Below, one piece after another: positions 57,198-64,000 of a stretch of 64,000 bases of DNA (position 1 is the stretch's first letter; every line of letters starts with the position of its first letter). The notes under the pieces were generated by a model. It saw nothing but the letters and a program-made list of their open reading frames with translations. It ran no database searches and had not been told where the DNA came from. A program made the translations under genes and the position numbers. The stretch is from Actinomycetota bacterium (GTDB taxonomy: Bacteria; Actinomycetota; Coriobacteriia; Anaerosomatales; PHET01), in assembly GCA_037445775.1 (NCBI GenBank), contig JBBIJX010000002.1, positions 6,768 to 70,767 of the forward strand, in the 5' to 3' direction.

Positions 57198-57995
57198 ATG
57201 AAACTCACGCCGCTCGACATCCATCATAAGGAGTTCGGCCACTCGTTGCGCGGCTACAACGAGGAGCAGGTCGACCAGTTCCTCGACGAGGTGGCCGACG
57301 AGTTCGAACGCCTCTTCAAGGAGAACATCGGCCTCTCCGAGAAGCTCGACGCGGCCCAGGCTCGCTTGAGCGAGTTCGAGAGCCAGCGCGACACGATCAA
57401 CAACACGCTGCTCGCCGCCCAGCGCTCCGCAGACGACATCGCCGCGAAGGCGAAGGCCGAGGCGGATGCCGTGGTGCGCGACGCGGAGGTCAAGGCCAAG
57501 GAGATCATCCACAACGCTCTCGAGAAGAAGCAGCGGGTCGCCGGCGAGCTCGTGCGAATCAAACAGGCCGAAGAGGCCTTCCGGGCGCAGTACAAGACGC
57601 TGCTCGAGACGAACCTGCGCTCGGTCAGCGAGATCGCATTGCCCGACGATGTCGACGTCCTGCTCGGCGAGACCGGAGAGGGCGTCGTAGGAGATGTCGC
57701 CGTGCGCTCCGAATCCGAGTCTGCCGCAGGCGGGACCACGGAGGCCGCGGCGTCGACGCACGCGCCGGCACCCGCTGAGGCCGCGGTGCAGATTCCTGAG
57801 GAACTGGTGCTGATCGTTCCGGATGAACAACCGGTGCCTCAGCCCGGCTTCGTGCAGTCGGTGCAGCTAGGAGAGCTTGGTGCGCCCGATATCGAGGAGG
57901 ATCTCACCTTCAGGGAACCCGCCGAGTTCCCCCTCCCGCGACTCGACGCGCTCGGTGAGCGCGACGATGACTCCGAGATCGAGGAGATCGACTGA
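57198..57995 (+). CDS. divIVA: DivIVA/Wag31-family polar scaffold protein
   Basis: MKLTPLDIHHKEFGHSLRGYNEEQVDQFLDEV followed by coiled coil. Confidence 0.94.
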   Translation: MKLTPLDIHHKEFGHSLRGYNEEQVDQFLDEVADEFERLFKENIGLSEKLDAAQARLSEFESQRDTINNTLLAAQRSADDIAAKAKAEADAVVRDAEVKAKEIIHNALEKKQRVAGELVRIKQAEEAFRAQYKTLLETNLRSVSEIALPDDVDVLLGETGEGVVGDVAVRSESESAAGGTTEAAASTHAPAPAEAAVQIPEELVLIVPDEQPVPQPGFVQSVQLGELGAPDIEEDLTFREPAEFPLPRLDALGERDDDSEIEEID

Positions 57996-58059
57996 CGCGT
58001 GTGACGATACCGTCAGCGAGGTATTCGAGACGTCCGGGCAGCCTTCGGCGTGACAGGAA

Positions 58060-58320
58060 GTGGGGGACAGCGTGACACACGAGAAGATCCGCGTTCTGGT
58101 CGAAACCGCGGAGCGGTCGTTTCGCGGCTTCGTACACATGCCCGTCAAGGACGACATGTTCCGGCTCTCAGATCACCTGAACACGTTCGGCAAGGAGTTC
58201 CTGTGCCTCTCCGACGTGATCATGAACGAGCGTGACCAGCAGTATCGCGCGGGTGAGAAGTTCTCGTTCGTGGCCGTCGCCGTTCACTCGATCGTGTTTG
58301 TCACGCCCATCGACGAGTAG
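58060..58320 (+). CDS. Small hypothetical protein (82-86 aa)
   Basis: The ORF has a coding-like codon pattern, and GGGGGA lies upstream of the alternative GTG 58072. I recognise no family. Confidence 0.5.
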   Translation: MGDSVTHEKIRVLVETAERSFRGFVHMPVKDDMFRLSDHLNTFGKEFLCLSDVIMNERDQQYRAGEKFSFVAVAVHSIVFVTPIDE

Positions 58321-58364
58321 CGTCACGAGCGAACGCCGCGATCGGGGCTGCCAGCGGCGTGGGT

Positions 58365-58394
58365 TTGACCCTTGCGAAGGGCCTACGCTACCAT
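58365..58394 (+). promoter_or_regulatory. Candidate ileS leader promoter (-35 TTGACC, 18-nt spacer, -10 TACCAT)
   Basis: The hexamers were read directly, just upstream of the T-box leader. Confidence 0.4.
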
Positions 58395-58419
58395 CGCGGC
58401 TGCCGCGCGTGCGCGGCAG

Positions 58420-58700
58420 GCGTTGACGGGGACGAGTAGGTCGGCAGCGAGCCATTTTGTCAGCGAGCGGGGACAGTGGGAGCCCGCGGTGGACGCCCGA
58501 TGCGAAGATCGCCCCTGAGCCCCGGACCGAACGGTCGCCTGTGTGACCCAGTAGACTCCGGCGGGAGCTCCCGTTAGCGAGCAGCCGAGTGGCGTCATGC
58601 ACCTACGGTGCGGCGCAAACTGGGTGGTACCGCGGAGATGCGCACAGAATCGGCGCGCTTCGTCCCAGTTCCTTGGGATGAGGCGCGCCGTGTCTGTGCG
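58420..58700 (+). promoter_or_regulatory. T-box riboswitch leader (Ile specifier AUC) controlling ileS
   Basis: The canonical T-box sequence AAACTGGGTGGTACCGCGG lies at 58617-58635. Stem I elements are GACGAGTAG (K-turn-like), AGCGAG and CAGTGGGAG. GAAG-ATC-G (ATC at 58508-58510) fits a specifier loop. AACTGGG/CCCAGTT form an antiterminator pairing that competes with the hairpin at 58652-58690. Confidence 0.88.
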
Positions 58701-58733
58701 GGTACGGGCGCGGCCGGGCGAAGGAGACGAGCG

Positions 58734-61499
58734 GTGACTACGGACTACAAGTCGACGATGAACCTTCCAGCGACTGACTTTCCAATGCGAGCGTCGCTGT
58801 CGACGCGCGAACCGCAGTGGCTTGAGAAGTGGGAACGGCTCGACATACACCGCAGGATGGTCGCGAAGCGCGCGGACGCGCCCCCTTTCATCCTGCACGA
58901 CGGCCCTCCGTACGCCAACGGCCACATTCACATGGGGACCGCCTACAACAAGGTGATCAAGGATCTCGTCGTCAAGTACCGCGCGATGCGTGGCTACCGG
59001 GCTCCTTACGTGCCGGGGTGGGACTGCCACGGGCAGCCCATCGAGCATCAGGTCGAGAAGGCGCTCGGCCCCGAGAAGATGGCCGAGACGACGCAGGCAG
59101 AACTACGCGCGCTCTGTCGCGAGTACGCCCTGCGCTTCGTTGACGTGCAGCGAGAAGAGTTCAAGCGTCTTGGGGTGTTGGGAGAGTGGGACGACCCCTA
59201 CCTGACGCTTGCTCACGAGTACGAAGCGGGCAACGTCGAGATCTTCAAGAAGATGTACCTCGACGGAGCCATCTACAAGGGAGCCAAGCCCATTCACTGG
59301 TGCGTCAGGTGCCACACCGCGCTGGCCGAGGCGGAGATCGAGTACGCGGACGAGACTTCGAACTCCATCTACGTGGCCTTCCGGTTCACTGACGCCACGC
59401 CCTTCGACGAGCACGGGGACGCCCATGTGCTGATCTGGACGACGACGCCCTGGACGTTGCCGGCCAACGTCGCGGTGACGCTGGCAGAGGACGCCGACTA
59501 CGTGGCAGTGCGCGTCGGCGACCAGGTGTTCGTCCTTGCCGAGGAGCTGCTCGAGTCCGTCATCGAGACGGCCGGGTGGTCTGAGGCGGACGTGAGCCGT
59601 GTGGGGCCACGGGTCAAGGGCGCCGACCTTGCGGGCTTGCGCTACGCCCAGCCCATCCATGACGGCGTGACCGGAGTGATCATCACCGGCTCTCACGTCG
59701 ACTTGTCCACCGGGACCGGAGCGGTGCATACCGCACCGGGACATGGTGACGAGGACTACCAGGTAGGTGTGAAGTTCGGCCTTCCAATGCCGATGCCCGT
59801 GCTAGACGACGGCAGATTCGACACAGGAGGAGGTCCGTTCGCCGGGCTTGAGGTCCGGGCGGCCAATCCGGTCATCATCGACTGGCTCCGTGAGCGAGGC
59901 ACCCTGATCGCATCGGGCACGATCTCGCACTCGTACCCTCACTGCTGGCGCTGCAAACAGCCGGTCATCTTCCGCGCGACCGAGCAGTGGTTCGTGAGTA
60001 TGGATGCCACGGGGCTGCGCGACGCCGCACTACGTGCGATCGCCGACGTCGAATGGATTCCCGCGTGGAGCGTAAACCGCATGTCGGCGATGGTGTCGGA
60101 CCGGCCGGACTGGTGCATCTCGCGCCAGCGGGCGTGGGGCGTTCCGGTCCCGGTGTTCTCATGCACGAAGTGCGGCGAGACTGTCGCCACTGCCGAGACA
60201 TTCGACGCCGTGATCGAGCTGTTCAGGACTGAGGGAGCGGACGCCTGGTTCAAGAAGGAGCCGGCCCTCTACCTGCCTGCGGGAACGGCGTGCGGGCGGT
60301 GCGGCGCCGGTGCGGACGGTCTCGCACCCGAGGACGACATCGTTGACGTCTGGTGGGAGTCGGGTGTCTCGCACACGAGCGTGCTCGATGCGCGAAGCGA
60401 GCTGCACCGCCCGGCCGAACTCTACCTCGAGGGCTCCGACCAGCACCGTGGCTGGTTTCAGTCCGCGCTGCTCACGAGCGTGGGAGCGTACGGTTCGGCC
60501 CCCTTCGAGAGGGTCTTGACTCACGGGTTCATCGTCGACGGCGAGGGGCGTAAGATGTCGAAGTCCCTCGGCAACGTGATCTCGCCGCTCGACGTCATCG
60601 AGCGCTCGGGAGCGGACATCATCCGGCTCTGGGTCGCTAGCGCGGACTACGGCCAGGACGTCAACATCTCTGACGAGATCCTTGAGCGCACGAGCGAAGC
60701 CTACCGGCGCATCCGCAACACCTTCCGCTTCCTCCTCTCCAACGTCTCTGACTTTGACCCTTCGCGTGACGCGGTTGCCTTCGAGCAGCTAGGCGAGATG
60801 GACCGCTTCGCGTGCGCGCAGCTCGCCGAGTTCTTGGAGCGGGTGACGAGCGCCTACGACGAGTGGCGCTTCCACCTCGTGCACCGCGCCGTGCTCGAAT
60901 ACACCGGGGAGCTCTCCAACGTCTACCTCGATGCCGTGAAGGACCGGCTCTATGCCGAGGCGGCGGACAGTCCTGCCCGACGGAGCGCCCAGACGGTCAT
61001 CTCGCGCATCCTCGAGGTGCTGGTCCGTGTACTCGCTCCGATCGTCTCCTTCACGTGCGAGGAGGTCTGGGAGTTCATGCCCGAGGCCTCGCGGACCGAG
61101 GAGAGCGTTCACCTGAGTGACTGGCCGACCCTCGACTTCACGGTCGACGCCGGCCTTACGGAGGCTTACACGGTCGTCATGTCCGTGCGCGACGTGGTAA
61201 CCAAGGCGCTCGAGGACGCGAGAGGCGAGCGTGTGATCGGCAAGAGCCAGGAGGCACGCGTCACAGTGCGAGCGCCCGAAGACGTTGCGGCGACGCTCGC
61301 CGCTCGGCCCGAAGGCGTGCTAGCCGAGTTGTTGATCGTCTCCGAGATCCTCGTCGAGCACGGCGACCGGGTCGAGGCCATCGTTGAGCGCGCGTCCGGT
61401 GACAAGTGTCCCCGATGCTGGAACCACCGGCCCGCCGCGGGCGATCCCAGCCATCCGGGAGTGTGTGCACGCTGCCTCGGTGTACTTGCGGACCTCTGA
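58734..61499 (+). CDS. ileS: Isoleucine--tRNA ligase
   Basis: VTTDYKSTMNLPATDFPMRA, the HIGH region PPYANGHIHMGT, the KMSKS motif RKMSKSLGN, and a C-terminal zinc knuckle CPRCW...CARC. AAGGAG lies 7 nt before GTG 58734. The track's 58608 start runs through the T-box. Confidence 0.96.
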   Translation: MTTDYKSTMNLPATDFPMRASLSTREPQWLEKWERLDIHRRMVAKRADAPPFILHDGPPYANGHIHMGTAYNKVIKDLVVKYRAMRGYRAPYVPGWDCHGQPIEHQVEKALGPEKMAETTQAELRALCREYALRFVDVQREEFKRLGVLGEWDDPYLTLAHEYEAGNVEIFKKMYLDGAIYKGAKPIHWCVRCHTALAEAEIEYADETSNSIYVAFRFTDATPFDEHGDAHVLIWTTTPWTLPANVAVTLAEDADYVAVRVGDQVFVLAEELLESVIETAGWSEADVSRVGPRVKGADLAGLRYAQPIHDGVTGVIITGSHVDLSTGTGAVHTAPGHGDEDYQVGVKFGLPMPMPVLDDGRFDTGGGPFAGLEVRAANPVIIDWLRERGTLIASGTISHSYPHCWRCKQPVIFRATEQWFVSMDATGLRDAALRAIADVEWIPAWSVNRMSAMVSDRPDWCISRQRAWGVPVPVFSCTKCGETVATAETFDAVIELFRTEGADAWFKKEPALYLPAGTACGRCGAGADGLAPEDDIVDVWWESGVSHTSVLDARSELHRPAELYLEGSDQHRGWFQSALLTSVGAYGSAPFERVLTHGFIVDGEGRKMSKSLGNVISPLDVIERSGADIIRLWVASADYGQDVNISDEILERTSEAYRRIRNTFRFLLSNVSDFDPSRDAVAFEQLGEMDRFACAQLAEFLERVTSAYDEWRFHLVHRAVLEYTGELSNVYLDAVKDRLYAEAADSPARRSAQTVISRILEVLVRVLAPIVSFTCEEVWEFMPEASRTEESVHLSDWPTLDFTVDAGLTEAYTVVMSVRDVVTKALEDARGERVIGKSQEARVTVRAPEDVAATLAARPEGVLAELLIVSEILVEHGDRVEAIVERASGDKCPRCWNHRPAAGDPSHPGVCARCLGVLADL

Positions 61500-61615
61500 C
61501 GTGGGCACGACATCGTTCGGCAGTGGTACACTGAAGCCCAAGGTCAGGTACGTGCGAGCGCCCGGCGCATACGCCGGGCGTTGTGTCACGCAGACCTGAA
61601 GAGGAGGACCGGACC

Positions 61616-61981
61616 ATGGATACCGAAACGCGGGAACGCCTCGTGGCGAAGCTTGAGGCCGAACGTGAGCGCCTCGAACGAGAAGTGATCGAGCTCGAGG
61701 GGCGAGACCGCGAGTCGTTGTCCGAGGCGAGCGGCGAGAACGCGTACCGTGACCACATGGCCGACCAAGGTTCCGCTACGTTCGAGCGTGAGCTCGATCT
61801 GACCCTCGAAGAGAACCTGCGTATGCGCCTGGCTGACGTGCGTGCTGCGATGGATCGTGTCACATCAGGTGCATACGGGACCTGTGAGCGCTGTGGAACG
61901 GCGATTCCGGCGGAGCGACTCGAGGCCGTGCCGACCGCGAGCCTGTGCATACAGTGCAAGGAAGCCGAAGAGTCCCGTTAG
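61616..61981 (+). CDS. TraR/DksA-family C4 zinc-finger protein (Bacillus YlyA position)
   Basis: CERCGTAIPAERLEAVPTASLCIQC, with coiled coil upstream. GAGGAGG lies 9 nt before ATG 61616. Confidence 0.82.
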   Translation: MDTETRERLVAKLEAERERLEREVIELEGRDRESLSEASGENAYRDHMADQGSATFERELDLTLEENLRMRLADVRAAMDRVTSGAYGTCERCGTAIPAERLEAVPTASLCIQCKEAEESR

Positions 61982-62511
61982 AGCTGCGACGTCCCGCCGC
62001 AGCCTTCTGGACGGTTGCGCTCGGGACGCTCGCGCTCGACCAAGTGACCAAGATGCTCACCCGAGCCTCGCTGCCCGTCGGGGTCGTCAGGGAGTTCATC
62101 CCCGGCTTCGTCGACCTTACGCACGTGCGCAACATGGGGGCGGCGTTCGGGCTCTTCCCCGGCCGACAGCCCATCTTCATCGCGACATCGCTTGTCGTGC
62201 TGGTCGTCATCGGCGCTTACTGGCGCAGGGACCGGCCCACGGCGTGGCCGGTCGTCGTCGGCATCGGCCTCGTGGCCGGCGGTGCTACGGGCAACCTGAT
62301 CGACCGCGTAGTGATGACGCGCGTGACCGACTTCCTGTCCTTCGCGTTCATGGACTTCCCGGTCTTCAACATCGCCGACATGGCCATCGTGGGCGGGGTG
62401 ACCATGCTCGTCATGTGGCTGGTGTTCGGCCCCGAGCCTGCGCATCTTGCGGTCGTCTCACATGAGGACGACGAGCCGGTGGCTGGCGACATGCCAGCGG
62501 ACGGGGGCTGA
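61945..62511 (+). CDS. lspA: Lipoprotein signal peptidase II
   Basis: LDQVTK, NMGAAFG (usual form NxGAAFG), GNLIDR, FNIADMAI. The start is uncertain; ATG 61945 overlaps the upstream gene by 37 nt. Confidence 0.9.
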   Translation: MHTVQGSRRVPLELRRPAAAFWTVALGTLALDQVTKMLTRASLPVGVVREFIPGFVDLTHVRNMGAAFGLFPGRQPIFIATSLVVLVVIGAYWRRDRPTAWPVVVGIGLVAGGATGNLIDRVVMTRVTDFLSFAFMDFPVFNIADMAIVGGVTMLVMWLVFGPEPAHLAVVSHEDDEPVAGDMPADGG

Positions 62512-62519
62512 GGAGCACC

Positions 62520-63533
62520 ATGCACCGAGAACTCGTCGTCGGCGAGATCGAACAAGGCACGCGCCTTGACGCGCTGGTCGGTGCGCTGGAGTACGTGCGA
62601 AGCCGCTCTGCGGCCGCCCGGCTGATCGAAGAGGGCCTCGTGCTCGTCGACGGCGAGCCTGCGGCGAAGCGCTATGCCGTCCGGACGGGAGACCGGATCG
62701 AGATCGACTTGCCTGACGGTCCGGGGCTAGAGCTCATCGCAGAAGATATCCCGCTCGACATTCGGTTCGAGGACGAACACATGATGGTCATCTCGAAGCA
62801 GGCGGGGCTCGTGGTCCATCCGGCGCATGACAACTGGACAGGGACACTCGTCAATGCCCTGTTGCACCATGCCGAGGAGCTCGGCGGTCTCCAGGGTGAG
62901 GACCGTCCGGGCATCGTCCACCGCCTCGACAAGGACACGAGCGGACTCATGATGGTCGCCAAGACAGACGAGACACAGAGCGCTCTGCAGGAGGCGATCA
63001 AGGTCCGATCGGTCGACAGGCGCTACGTCACGCTGGTGCACGGATGGATCGCTCCGGACTCCGGCATCATCGACGCGCCGCTCGCTCGCGATCCTCGTGA
63101 TCGCATGCGGATGAGCGTGTCGGATCGCGTTGACGCCAAGCAGTCGGTCACCACGTTCCGCGTTCTCGAACGTTTCGAGGCAGGGCGTCACGACGACGGT
63201 TTCACGCTCCTGGAGTGCAAGCTCTACACCGGCCGGACGCATCAGATCCGTGTGCACATGACCTACATCAAGCACGCATGCGTCGGGGACCCGCTATACG
63301 GTACGGGGTCGCGCAACGCCAATCTCGGCCTCGGAAGGCAGTTCCTTCACGCCTACCGGCTCCAGTTGGCGCATCCGGTCACGGGGGCGGAACTCCTGTT
63401 CACGGACGCTCCGCCGGCGGACCTGTCTTCGCTCCTGTGTGAGCTGGACGAGCGTTCAGCCGGCCGCACCGCAGCCGGTGACGAGGTTGCTGCACTCCTC
63501 ACCCGCGCGGCCCAGGAGACCGGTCGGGGATGA
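62520..63533 (+). CDS. rluD: RluA-family 23S rRNA pseudouridine synthase (RluD type, S4 domain)
   Basis: S4 domain RLDALV...RSAAARLI. Catalytic HRLDKDTSGLMMVAK. GRTHQIRVH. Confidence 0.92.
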   Translation: MHRELVVGEIEQGTRLDALVGALEYVRSRSAAARLIEEGLVLVDGEPAAKRYAVRTGDRIEIDLPDGPGLELIAEDIPLDIRFEDEHMMVISKQAGLVVHPAHDNWTGTLVNALLHHAEELGGLQGEDRPGIVHRLDKDTSGLMMVAKTDETQSALQEAIKVRSVDRRYVTLVHGWIAPDSGIIDAPLARDPRDRMRMSVSDRVDAKQSVTTFRVLERFEAGRHDDGFTLLECKLYTGRTHQIRVHMTYIKHACVGDPLYGTGSRNANLGLGRQFLHAYRLQLAHPVTGAELLFTDAPPADLSSLLCELDERSAGRTAAGDEVAALLTRAAQETGRG

Positions 63534-63615
63534 AGGGATGATGAGACCGCTGCGACGTTCAACCGGACCGTGGCGGAGCGCTTGCCGGCAGGCGGCGGGT
63601 GCGCTACCCTGACGG

Positions 63616-64000
<385 letters not shown>

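Noticed and set aside
58608-58733. The 5' extension of the ileS ORF in the track (start at 58608)
   Set aside because: This stretch is the T-box core/antiterminator/hairpin RNA. The conserved IleS N-terminus (TDYKSTMNLP) begins at GTG 58734, which has a good SD.

Overview
By eye this window is about two-thirds G+C (not computed) and reads as core chromosome from a Gram-positive, Actinomycetota-like organism. It has SepF, DivIVA and SteA/SteB-like genes, and no ftsA lies between ftsQ and ftsZ. About 60 genes are tightly packed, mostly on the + strand, often with ATGA/GTGA-type start/stop overlaps.

Gene order:
- aroB-aroQ-pepP-efp
- a carboxyltransferase/AccB fusion, then accC, asp23, nusB, xseB, dxs
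- tlyA-nadK-recN-steA-steB
- a four-gene envelope block: GT2 and murJ on the - strand, then a 765-aa exported polytopic protein and an MraY/WecA-like transferase
- pyrG, M20 peptidase, DUF3866-like gene, ald, xerD
- a BMP-type ABC importer
- a short minus-strand DUF4349 unit
- the complete dcw cluster: mraZ-rsmH-ftsL-ftsI-murE-murF-mraY-murD-ftsW-murG-murC-murB-ftsQ-ftsZ
- pgeF, pstSCAB-phoU, yggS-sepF-proC-yggT-divIVA
- a small unknown ORF, a T-box leader with ileS, a TraR/DksA zinc-finger gene, lspA, rluD, a PyrR attenuator and the start of pyrR

I found no rRNA, tRNA, CRISPR array, transposase or prophage signal. The many long antisense ORFs in the track look like GC-rich shadow frames.

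Nothing here looks like a self-contained new defence or mobile system. The observations most worth follow-up are:
1. A PycB-type carboxyltransferase ORF runs without a stop into a full-length AccB whose own SD+GTG start is still present.
2. The four-gene envelope-glycan block interrupts the conserved steB|pyrG junction. It includes an uncharacterised exported-domain plus roughly 11-TM protein and a PNPT-like enzyme with a non-canonical motif.
3. The murE N-terminal domain has no ATG/GTG/TTG start; a CTG overlaps the ftsI stop.
4. Two small membrane ORFs converge and overlap antisense by 165 nt, and both look coding.

Family assignments come from motif recognition by eye, not from searches.
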